Assembly (NCBI GenBank): GCA_963674865.2
Contig: CAXXYE010000010.1
Span: 70,732-134,731 of the forward strand
Source of the DNA: Candidatus Hydrogenedentota bacterium
GTDB taxonomy: Bacteria; Hydrogenedentota; Hydrogenedentia; Hydrogenedentales; SLHB01
DNA length: 64,000 nt
Direction: 5' to 3'
A model generated the notes under the pieces. The model worked only from the letters and a program-made list of their open reading frames with translations, made no database searches and was not told the DNA's origin. A program made the position numbers and the translations under genes. Positions 9,330 through 17,856 of this stretch are shown one piece after another. Positions within the stretch are counted from its first letter, which is position 1. Each line of letters opens with the position of its first letter.

Positions 9330-10709
9330 TTATTCCGGCACCACAAAGGGGTCTTTGGCCTCGCGCAGGAGGGAGCGAAGCCGCGCTGTCAGATCGCTGC
9401 GGAGCGCCGCCGTCCCCGGTTCATTGACTAAGTTGACGAGTTGGGCGGAATCACGCTCGTTGTCGAAAAGGCACCAAGGCCGATCAGGATATACGGCGTA
9501 CGTGTAACGCATGGTTCGGAGGCCGCGGAAGATGGGCGCGGGGTGGCTCTGGCCGCCCGACGCGTGGTCCTTGGCAATATGCATGATGAGCTGTGCCTCC
9601 GGGTCCGGCCCGTGCGCGCCGCGGAGCCAGGGGGAGAAATCCTGTCCTACACACGAGGCCGGCGCGGCTACGCCCGCGGCGCCGCACAGCGTGGGCATCA
9701 TGTCGGCGGCACCGAGAAGCGCGTCCACCTTCCGGCCGCGGGGGATCTGTCCGGGCCAGCGGAAAATACACGGCACGCGGATGGACTCCTCGTAAGGCTG
9801 GCGCTTGCTTCCCACGCCGTGCGACCCCAGCATGGTGCCGTGGTCGGAGGTGTAAATGAGTATGGTATCTTCCGTCAGGGCCAATTCATCCAACGCCGCC
9901 ATAAGTCGAGCCAATTCGTCATCGATGGCGCTGACGTGCGCGTGGTAACCTTGGTAATATGGCCAGCTGTTCTGGTTCCAGATCTGGTTGTCAGGGGCTT
10001 GCCCCTGCGCTGCCCGTAGGTCCACGTTCTTGCGCCACGACAGCGACCCTTCGGGATACAGCCGCTTCTTCTCTTCCGGCGGATCGAGGAAACTGGCGTG
10101 CGGCGGGTTCCACGACAGCATCAGAAAGAACGGCTGTGTGCGGCGTTCCCCGATGAATTCGAGGGCTTGGTCCGTCATGAGGGAGGCGTTGTAGCCCTTC
10201 GGCGTAACCAGAGCGCCTTCCCTGGGATGGTAGCTTGAACGATCCCAGTGCTTTCCCGTGGCCGTCCAGATAAGCGATCGATCGAAGCCGAAGGACTCGG
10301 CCCGTGTGCCTCCGAGATGCCACTTTCCGACGTAGGCTGTGTCGTATCCGGCGGCCTTGAAGGCTGTTCCGAGCATGCCGGCGTCGGCCGCCAGAGGTAT
10401 GTTGTTGTCAATTACGCCCTGCTGATAAGGCCAACGGCCACTCATCAAAATCGCTCGGTATGGCGAGCAGACCGGATAGTTGCTGATGCAGTGCGTGAAC
10501 TCGACACCCTCGGAGGCAAGCTGCGCCATGGCGGGAGTATGGACTTCCGGCATTTCGGAGCTGGCCATGGACTGCCAGCGGTGTTCGTCGCTGAAAGCAA
10601 AGACCACGTTGGGCGGCCGGGCCCGGGCACCGCGAAGAGTGGCGCACGAGGCGGCTACCGCCGCAACGGCGCCGCATCCGACTGCGCCCATAAACCGGCG
10701 GCGGGGCAA
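9330..10709 (-). CDS. Formylglycine-dependent sulfatase with a probable Tat/lipoprotein signal
   Basis: RRRF twin-Arg signal, PNVVFAFSDEH, CSPYRA signature, GKWHLG, TSDHG; the TTG start at 10709 is estimated. Confidence 0.9.
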   Translation of the reverse strand: MPRRRFMGAVGCGAVAAVAASCATLRGARARPPNVVFAFSDEHRWQSMASSEMPEVHTPAMAQLASEGVEFTHCISNYPVCSPYRAILMSGRWPYQQGVIDNNIPLAADAGMLGTAFKAAGYDTAYVGKWHLGGTRAESFGFDRSLIWTATGKHWDRSSYHPREGALVTPKGYNASLMTDQALEFIGERRTQPFFLMLSWNPPHASFLDPPEEKKRLYPEGSLSWRKNVDLRAAQGQAPDNQIWNQNSWPYYQGYHAHVSAIDDELARLMAALDELALTEDTILIYTSDHGTMLGSHGVGSKRQPYEESIRVPCIFRWPGQIPRGRKVDALLGAADMMPTLCGAAGVAAPASCVGQDFSPWLRGAHGPDPEAQLIMHIAKDHASGGQSHPAPIFRGLRTMRYTYAVYPDRPWCLFDNERDSAQLVNLVNEPGTAALRSDLTARLRSLLREAKDPFVVPE

Positions 10710-10725
10710 CGTCTGTGACGGCGGT

Positions 10726-11634
10726 CTAGCCGCCGTTCTCTGGGCTTTCTTCCGCGTCTTCAGGTGCTTCCTCCTGCGGCTCCGCTTCCGTCTGACCTTC
10801 CGCTTGCTCCTGCACAGCCGGCGCTGCGGCCTCTTCCTGGCCAAAGGGCGGCGCCTGCGTGGCCGCCTCGAGGATGTCCTGCCCGGGAATGATGATGGCC
10901 ATGGCACTGTCATCGAGCCCACCAAACATGCCGGATATTCCGCCGGCCTGGGCCTTAATCATCCGCAGGACGTTGACGCCAACGAACTGTCCGTCAAGCG
11001 TGAACACGGGCGTGCCTAAGGATGTGTCCATGAGGCCGCCGCCGGTGACGTAGAAGGTGCGAGGCTTATCGACAACGGCCTTGACGCGCACAAGTTCCGC
11101 GGCGTAGGCCCTGCGGGCGACTTTGCCCAAGCGATTCAACAGCACCAAAGGCTCGAGAATTTCCGGCGCGGCATCCTGGCTCATATCGATATGTGGCATG
11201 GGCTCCGCCGGCTCTTCCGCCGGCCGCACGAAGGCCAAGTCCAGGTCCTTGTCGCGCAAGATGACCTTGGCCGGAATGTCCACCCCGTCCTCAGGCACGA
11301 TCTTGACATCCGTCACCTCACTACTCATATCAAAGGAGTCGGCCATGGCGCCCATCATGCTCCTAATCATGTTGGTGGGGTCGGTTTCCGTAAGCGATAC
11401 CACCGTCAGGCCGGTAGCGTCCAGCACGGTGCCTGTAACCTCCTGGGGCGTCTCCTCATCCCCTCTTCCTCCGAAGCTCATCTTTGTCACCAGCTTGACG
11501 GTTACCACGGCGCTCCGATGCGCTTCAAGAATGCCCCGGCCCTGAACCGCGACCTCATCGGCCGAGGCCCCCCACGAGAACCAGCCCACCATAAGCGCAA
11601 GCAAGAGGATGTTAACCAGGCGTTTCGTTGACAT
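10726..11634 (-). CDS. Secreted trypsin-like peptidase-fold protein with a degenerate catalytic triad
   Basis: Signal peptide; HtrA-like elements AVVTVK, GTVLDATGLTVVS, DKDLDLAFV, LGTPVFTLDGQFVGV, but the catalytic His and GNSGG Ser motifs are not evident. Confidence 0.7.
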   Translation of the reverse strand: MSTKRLVNILLLALMVGWFSWGASADEVAVQGRGILEAHRSAVVTVKLVTKMSFGGRGDEETPQEVTGTVLDATGLTVVSLTETDPTNMIRSMMGAMADSFDMSSEVTDVKIVPEDGVDIPAKVILRDKDLDLAFVRPAEEPAEPMPHIDMSQDAAPEILEPLVLLNRLGKVARRAYAAELVRVKAVVDKPRTFYVTGGGLMDTSLGTPVFTLDGQFVGVNVLRMIKAQAGGISGMFGGLDDSAMAIIIPGQDILEAATQAPPFGQEEAAAPAVQEQAEGQTEAEPQEEAPEDAEESPENGG

Positions 11635-11637
11635 GAG

Positions 11638-13707
11638 CTATTCACTCCCGTTTGACGGGGTTTCCCCCCATTTTGGCTCCAGTTCCAGAAACCTAGTGTG
11701 TATCCCGCGCAAGACTCTCAGGATGATCACTTCGGATTGCGCCTCCGCGATATCCTTCATCAAAGACTTCAAGGCCTTTACATCTTCAACGGGCGTTCCA
11801 TTCACCTCAAGGATCAGGTCGCCCGGATTCAAGAATCCAAGAGCCGCCCACCCTCCGGGCTCAATCCGTTCGACGAGGACTCCACGCTGCTGTTCCGACC
11901 ATTTCTCCTTGGCCTTGTCGAAGAAGGCGACATTGCGTGCCGTGAACTCACAGTTGTTGTCGCGGTACTTGGCCATCTCCCGACTCAGCTTCGGAGCACG
12001 GGCCAGTTCGACATTGATTTCAGACTCCTGATCTCCCCGCAGCACCGTCAACGACACCATGCTGCCAACTCTGTATTGGCGGATGACCGCCTCCAGTTCC
12101 TCATAGTCCTCCGGAGCGGACGCCTCCAAGGGCTCGCCGTCAACGGCGAGTATGTAATCCCCCACGCGCAGTCCCGCCGCCTCGGCGGCGCTTCCCGAAA
12201 AGACCTGAGTCACACGGAAGCCGGACAGCTCCGGACGCCCCAATTGCTCCGCGATATCCCGCGTCAGAACCTGAGACTGGACAGGCAACCAGGCCTTCTT
12301 CACCTCAAGCCCGGGATCTTCGAGTTCCTTGATTCCCACTTTAACCACGGTGACGTACTGCTCCGTCTTGCGCTCGAATCCAACAAGTACGGGGACAGGA
12401 TCGGTTTGTCCTGTGACAACTTCGGCCGTCACGCGGCGCAACGCCTCGGCGTTCTTCACGGATTCACCGTTGACGCTGACAAGGACGTCGTCGTCGAGGA
12501 TGCGAGGCTTTGCGTCGTCGGCCGGTCCTCCCGGGCGGATTGAGGTAATCAGCACGCCGTCCTCGTTGTCCCGCTTCATCTGCCTGGCGAGGACAAAGGA
12601 AAGGTTCCGTGCCGTGACGCCCCATTCCCTGAATTCGTGCTGCCTTGGCAGGACACGCTCCCGGGCCGTGGGCTTCACGGTGAGGGTGGTCTCTTGTTCA
12701 TCCCGAAGAACGACCGCCTTGATTTCGGTGTTGAGGGGGAGTTTGGAGGTCATCTGGTTGAGGGCCGGAAGTTGCTCCAGAAACCGGACGTCTACTTCCG
12801 CTTCGTCCAGACGCACAAGAATATCGCCAGGCTTGAATCCGGCGTCCGCGGCCGGGGAGTCCTCCAGCGTACCGCTAACCAGCACGCCGCGGTCGGTCGC
12901 GCCATGCTTGAGGCGGGGCTGCACTTCGAGGCCAAGCCAACTTCGGCTTACTTCACCGGTGGCGATTAGCTCGTCGGCCACTGCCTTGGCTAGGTTTCCC
13001 GGGATGGCGCCGCCCAAACCGATGCTAATCTCATTGATTCCGATGATCTCGCCGTCGAGATTCACAAGCGGCCCGCCGGAGTTTCCGGGATATATGGCGG
13101 CGTCATGGCCGATCCAGCGAACAAGCGCTCCCACCCGCTCGCCTTCCTGGGTGATGCCGCCCCACTGGCTCATCCATTGAGGAAGCACCAGCTCAGTATT
13201 GCTGACTATTCCGAGGGTGACGGATTGCGAAAGAGACATGGGGCTGCCCATGGCAAGAACCTGTTGACCAACTTCCACGCTGGACGAATCCCCAAAACCC
13301 GCCGTGGGGAAAGCACGACCCTCTTCCCCGTGCAACTTGATGACCGCCACATCGGTGAGTGGATCTCGCCCGATGAGTTCCGCCTCCACCTCTTCCTTTG
13401 TAGACAGAGTGCAAAGCAAGCGTGTCGCACGACCCGCGACATGGTGATTTGTGATGACGTGCCCTTCGGGCGTCACGATCACGCCGCTCCCCGAACTCTC
13501 GCGCTTCAGTTCGCGCCCTTCACTGTAGCGCGTCGAGACCACCTCGATCCGTACCAGCGCCGGCTTCACCTTGTCGACGGCTCGGTCAACGGAGGTCCGA
13601 AGGGGCGCGGGAACTTCTTCAGAGGGGGCCGCGTGCGCATGCCACATCGCGACGACTGTAAAGGCAACCATGCAAGCCAACAGTATACGAACACGACAGA
13701 ATGCCAT
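11638..13707 (-). CDS. HtrA/DegP-family serine protease with about four PDZ domains
   Basis: GSGVIV, TNHHVA, DVAVIK, PGNSGGPLVN; four PDZ-like repeats (SPAADAGFKPGD, GPADDA, SAAEAAGLRVGD, GWAALGFLNPGD). Confidence 0.9.
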   Translation of the reverse strand: MAFCRVRILLACMVAFTVVAMWHAHAAPSEEVPAPLRTSVDRAVDKVKPALVRIEVVSTRYSEGRELKRESSGSGVIVTPEGHVITNHHVAGRATRLLCTLSTKEEVEAELIGRDPLTDVAVIKLHGEEGRAFPTAGFGDSSSVEVGQQVLAMGSPMSLSQSVTLGIVSNTELVLPQWMSQWGGITQEGERVGALVRWIGHDAAIYPGNSGGPLVNLDGEIIGINEISIGLGGAIPGNLAKAVADELIATGEVSRSWLGLEVQPRLKHGATDRGVLVSGTLEDSPAADAGFKPGDILVRLDEAEVDVRFLEQLPALNQMTSKLPLNTEIKAVVLRDEQETTLTVKPTARERVLPRQHEFREWGVTARNLSFVLARQMKRDNEDGVLITSIRPGGPADDAKPRILDDDVLVSVNGESVKNAEALRRVTAEVVTGQTDPVPVLVGFERKTEQYVTVVKVGIKELEDPGLEVKKAWLPVQSQVLTRDIAEQLGRPELSGFRVTQVFSGSAAEAAGLRVGDYILAVDGEPLEASAPEDYEELEAVIRQYRVGSMVSLTVLRGDQESEINVELARAPKLSREMAKYRDNNCEFTARNVAFFDKAKEKWSEQQRGVLVERIEPGGWAALGFLNPGDLILEVNGTPVEDVKALKSLMKDIAEAQSEVIILRVLRGIHTRFLELEPKWGETPSNGSE

Positions 13708-14145
13708 ATTGTCCCCTTTCTTCGGCTGACTCGAGGCAGGAACGCTACAAGACCACGTGAGCTGTATCGGTCGCCGCTACGCCCCACACAACCGACCTTC
13801 GCCCTGCGCCGCGCCGCCTAGCCCGCCTTTCTCACAGCCGCACAACGAGACTGCACGTATGTCATGCGGAACGGGCGTATCGCCTCATAAGCCTGCCACT
13901 GGCGAGTAGGCAGAGCGTCCTGCGGTTTCTTCGACCCTTGTCATCACCAAGCCCGTTTCAATTGAACAATAGGTGAGAAAAGCAAGCCGAAGACAACAAC
14001 GTGTGAGACATCCCGCCTTAGCGTTCTCCGATTATGGCCACAGTCTAGGTTTGTGTCAAGCAGCGGGCTCCCTTATCGGCTTAACAGAGAACCGAAAGGA
14101 CATATTCCGAATAGTGCGTATTATGGTCAAAACCGGCATAATGCC

Positions 14146-14174
14146 TTGACTAACTACGCCTCTTCTGCTACACT
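14146..14174 (+). promoter_or_regulatory. Sigma70-type promoter for 6S RNA
   Basis: TTGACT-17 nt-TACACT. Confidence 0.6.
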
Positions 14175-14205
14175 TTCGCGAGGACCATCAGCGACCATTT
14201 GAATA

Positions 14206-14390
14206 AGGTTTTCCCTGCTGTGTTCGACACGGGCGGAAACATTGTACCTTAGTGTTTGAACTGGGAGCCCAATATTCGCTGTGGCCAACGGCACGCCGCT
14301 CCGAGCGGACGTCGGAAGGCTACCATGAGGGCACCCCCTTGGTGTTAAGGTTCAAACAGTTTCCACCCAACGGCATGATGCGGGGAGCTT
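14206..14390 (+). ncRNA. ssrS: 6S RNA (SsrS)
   Basis: About 185-nt rod whose 5' and 3' ends pair (ttccctgc/gcggggag). Contains 6S-like blocks TGTGTTCG, TTTGAAC pairing with GTTCAAA, GGGAGC, GAGGGCACCC and ACGGCA; has its own promoter and terminator. Confidence 0.8.
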
Positions 14391-14394
14391 ACAT

Positions 14395-14422
14395 AGCGGG
14401 ATGCCTTGTCCCGCTTTTTTTT
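14395..14422 (+). terminator. Rho-independent terminator after 6S RNA
   Basis: agcggga-tgccttg-tcccgct hairpin followed by a T run. Confidence 0.8.
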
Positions 14423-14703
14423 GCCCTGACGTGCCCGTTTGTCGGCGAAATCCCGCAATAACGACAAACGGCAGACCCCTTGCAACATCGACGCTGAGTG
14501 GCCTTTTAGTCAAGTATATATTTGGACAAAACCCGCAGAATCGTCGTTGCGATGTTTCTGCGGGACTTCGTTTCATCAAGCGAATGACTTGCGTCACGGC
14601 GTACGGAAGTACCTGTCAGAGGGGGGCTGGACAGGTCTGGGGGGATGGGGGAGACAGTACCCTCTCAAGAAACGAAACTGCGAGAAGGTGCGTAGATTAA
14701 GTG

Positions 14704-14732
14704 TTGACACTATGTTGTATTTTTGGTACTCT
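14704..14732 (+). promoter_or_regulatory. Sigma70-type promoter of pilMNOPQ
   Basis: TTGACA-17 nt-TACTCT with an extended -10 TG. Confidence 0.6.
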
Positions 14733-14856
14733 TGGTGCAGCAGAATCAGGCCGTAAACGGTTCAGCACAGCGGAAGGGCGAGGGCACAGACGCACAAAGT
14801 GGGGGCGCTGGGGAGTCGAGCAGCGCTGACCGATCAATGAAGGAGCTTAGAAATCC

Positions 14857-16077
14857 TTGCTGTTCGCGAAGCCTAGCAAATCAATCGGTGTCGACATCGG
14901 TGCGCATTCCGTTAAAGCTATCCAGATGTCAAAAGTCGGGGGGCGACTCCGCATTGACCAAGTAGGTTATGGCACCATCGACCGTAACCAGGTCAATATC
15001 GATCCCGTAATAGCCCACGCGGAGGCCCTTCGGGAAGCCTTGCGCGCGATGCCAGTGGCTCAAGGCTTGCTGGTCGGTTCGCTTCCCGGGCAGACGGCGG
15101 TTATTCGCTACCCTCGCCTACCGAACATCCCTTATGACCAGATCGAACAATCCATCGAGAGTGAAGCCGCGCAGAGCATTCCGTACGACTTGGCCGAGGT
15201 CTTTCTCGACTGGGCGCTTCTCGATACGGTTACCGAGGGCAACGAGTCGCAGTATAAGGTCTTGCTGGTTGCGGCACGGCACGAGGTAATCGAGTCGCGC
15301 GCGCAGATCGCTGCGGCCGGCGAGGTCCAATTCGCCATACTGGATGTTGACACGCTCGCTCTTGCGGACGCCGCCGAGAGCTGCGATTTCCTTCGTGTCG
15401 GCGAGACGGTGGCGCTCGTAGACCTCGGACTATCGTCGACGAACATCCATTTCGTCAAGGACGGCGTGTCGAATTTCGTGCGCGACGTCAGTTGGGGCAC
15501 CCGGGAAATGATTCAGGCCATTGCTAAAGGCCTGCGGTGCGATTACGACGAGGCCGAGAAGACCCTGCGGGACGCCGCAATGGGCGTCAGTGGGGAACCG
15601 AGTGTTCCCGAGCCGGCAACGGCGGCGGCCCAGGAGGCAAGCGAAGAAACAGCCCCAGGCGGCGGTGCTTCCCTGCTCGATCCGTTGGAAGAAGAGCTGG
15701 CAGGCGGAGACCAGCCCCCGATAGGTGGAGGGCCTGCGGCCGGCCCGGCGGCCGGCGGTGAGAAGTCCATACCGGAGATGCTATCGCTGCCGCTTTCTCG
15801 TTTGGTGGCGGAAACGCGCCGCTCGTTCGACTACTACGAGCAACAGCTTTACGAACGCCCCGTTGAGCGCATTATCCTCAGCGGTGGCATCGCGCCGCTG
15901 CCCCTCCTCCGTGAGGCGTTGGCGCAGGAACTCGGGATCGAGAATGTGGAAGTCGCCGACCCAACCGACAGTGCATTGCTGCTCGGAAACGATAGAAGCC
16001 TCGACCTTCTGAGGGATTGCCCCGCCCAGTACATGGTCGCGGTTGGCTTGGCCGCACGGGGGACGCTAGAAATATGA
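14857..16077 (+). CDS. pilM: Type IV pilus assembly protein PilM
   Basis: Actin-like motifs IGVDIGAHSVK, LVDLG, LSGG and AVGLAAR; first gene of the MNOPQ operon. Confidence 0.92.
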   Translation: MLFAKPSKSIGVDIGAHSVKAIQMSKVGGRLRIDQVGYGTIDRNQVNIDPVIAHAEALREALRAMPVAQGLLVGSLPGQTAVIRYPRLPNIPYDQIEQSIESEAAQSIPYDLAEVFLDWALLDTVTEGNESQYKVLLVAARHEVIESRAQIAAAGEVQFAILDVDTLALADAAESCDFLRVGETVALVDLGLSSTNIHFVKDGVSNFVRDVSWGTREMIQAIAKGLRCDYDEAEKTLRDAAMGVSGEPSVPEPATAAAQEASEETAPGGGASLLDPLEEELAGGDQPPIGGGPAAGPAAGGEKSIPEMLSLPLSRLVAETRRSFDYYEQQLYERPVERIILSGGIAPLPLLREALAQELGIENVEVADPTDSALLLGNDRSLDLLRDCPAQYMVAVGLAARGTLEI

Positions 16078-16724
16078 TAAACGTAAATCTCCTGCCGCAC
16101 CATCTTCGGCCCATCAAGCGTACGCCGTTGCCCTACATCGTGTGCTTCATCGCCGTTATCGTCGCCTTCGCCGTCATGGCCACCGTTTTTCTTGAGAAGC
16201 AAGGCGAAGTCCATGCGGCACAGAAGACATTGAATGAGCATAGGGACCTACTTGCGGCGCTTAAGCCAATTGTCGACGAACACAACCAACTCGTCCAGCA
16301 GAAGCAGGAGTTGGCCAAGAAGATCGAAACCATCAACGAAATCGTGAGCGACCGCATTATCTGGTCGCGCCAACTCTGGAACCTTACCCGCCTTCTCCCC
16401 GCCAATTTCTGGTACAGCGGCGTTAGTGTTGAGATGCGCCGCTTCCAAGAGACCATCACGCAGTACAATCCTGATACCAAACAGGACGAGACAAAACAGA
16501 TCACGGTGATGCGGCCCGTACTTATCGTGGGGGGCCACATCATACCGGGCGAAAGCGGTAGTGCCGATTTGAGTCCTTTCCTGCTGACCGCGGAAAGGGA
16601 CGACGAGTTTTCCTCGCTGTTCGAACTCGAAACGTCCTCCTTCGAAGACGCGGAATTCGAGGAATATCCCGTGCGGACATTCGAGTTAGAGTACCTTGTC
16701 TCACCGAAAAGGAACAGCAAATGA
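16074..16724 (+). CDS. pilN: Type IV pilus assembly protein PilN
   Basis: N-terminal INVNLLP motif, TM, coiled coil; ATGA overlap with pilM. Confidence 0.88.
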   Translation: MINVNLLPHHLRPIKRTPLPYIVCFIAVIVAFAVMATVFLEKQGEVHAAQKTLNEHRDLLAALKPIVDEHNQLVQQKQELAKKIETINEIVSDRIIWSRQLWNLTRLLPANFWYSGVSVEMRRFQETITQYNPDTKQDETKQITVMRPVLIVGGHIIPGESGSADLSPFLLTAERDDEFSSLFELETSSFEDAEFEEYPVRTFELEYLVSPKRNSK

Positions 16725-17293
16725 TCGATTTCCTTAAGGGGACCGTCACTCCAAAGGACTGGATGGCTGTGGCCGGCATCGCCGGTATCCTGCTCGTCAT
16801 TTGCGCCCTCTTTGTGTTCGGCGTGCACAACAAGCAGGTCGAGGCGTTGAACGGATTTCTAGCCGAAGACAAAGTCGTCCAGAAGGATTTGAGCCAGGCC
16901 CAGGCGATTGAGGCCAATATTGAAGCCCTTCGCGCGGAGACGGCCAAGATCGAGAATCTTGTCTCCGACTTCGAGGAACGACTGCCCAACACCCGTGAGA
17001 TTCCCACTCTGGTCAAGCAATTCGAAGCTTTGGCGGACGACATCGATGTGAAGGTGCAGCTTGCGACCCTCTCCCGCACGCGGGACGGCAATAAGGAGAC
17101 CATTCCCTATAGCGTCGTAGCCGAAGGCGATTTCCACCAGATCGTGCGGTTCATCAACCGCCTGGAGCGGTTCGAACGGTATCTCAAGATATCCGATCTC
17201 GAAATTGGGGAAGAGAAGCAGGGGGTATGCAAAGCGGAATTCACGCTGAGCACCTACCGCTTCCTCGAAACTAAGACGGGTAATACGCCGTGA
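16721..17293 (+). CDS. pilO: Type IV pilus assembly protein PilO
   Basis: TM plus coiled coil, LPNTREIPTL, GDFHQIVRFINRLE; operon position. Confidence 0.85.
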   Translation: MIDFLKGTVTPKDWMAVAGIAGILLVICALFVFGVHNKQVEALNGFLAEDKVVQKDLSQAQAIEANIEALRAETAKIENLVSDFEERLPNTREIPTLVKQFEALADDIDVKVQLATLSRTRDGNKETIPYSVVAEGDFHQIVRFINRLERFERYLKISDLEIGEEKQGVCKAEFTLSTYRFLETKTGNTP

Positions 17294-17853
17294 CTCCTCA
17301 ACAACAGAAAATCGCCCTCTTTGTCCTCCTCCTTCTGGCCCTTGGTGTGGCCTTATGGTGGGGGTTCTTCCGCGGCGGCGCCACAGGTGGCCAAGATGGA
17401 GCCCCCGCGCCCGCCACTGGAGAGGCCGCGGTGGCTACCGGCACGGCGCTCGCGTCTGCCCAATCGCAGCTACTACAAAATATCGAGATCGACGCCCTCT
17501 TGGAGGATATCCAGGAGGTCACCTTTGACTACGAGGAATTTGCCAAGGATGCGCGGAATCCCATGACTCCGCTTGTGGGCGAGCGGCAATACCAGATGCG
17601 TAGCGCCAGCAGCGAAGGCCCCGCGTCGGGAGAGGCGCTGCCCCCCGAACTCCAGTACGCAGTCGAGCGGACGAATCTTACAGGCATTATCTGGGATAAG
17701 GACGCCCCTCTGGCCGTCGTCGATAACGAAGTGGTTGGCCTGGGCGATGAACTCCCCAATATGGAGGGCATCGTGGTCGATACCATCAACGTCGATCATA
17801 TTGTCGTCAGGATTGGAGACGCCCTGTACCCGGTCGAACTGAAGGAGCATTAG
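17290..17853 (+). CDS. PilP/GspC-like pilus assembly protein
   Basis: TM, RNPMTP, LTGIIWD...AVVDNEVVGLGD; lies between pilO and the secretin. Confidence 0.7.
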   Translation: MTPQQQKIALFVLLLLALGVALWWGFFRGGATGGQDGAPAPATGEAAVATGTALASAQSQLLQNIEIDALLEDIQEVTFDYEEFAKDARNPMTPLVGERQYQMRSASSEGPASGEALPPELQYAVERTNLTGIIWDKDAPLAVVDNEVVGLGDELPNMEGIVVDTINVDHIVVRIGDALYPVELKEH

Positions 17854-17856
17854 ACA

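Noticed and set aside
14733..14856. c-di-GMP-I riboswitch in the pilM leader
   Set aside because: Only loose resemblance (gtaaac...gacgcacaaag); the GGCAAAC/GNRA/GCAAAG architecture is not properly formed
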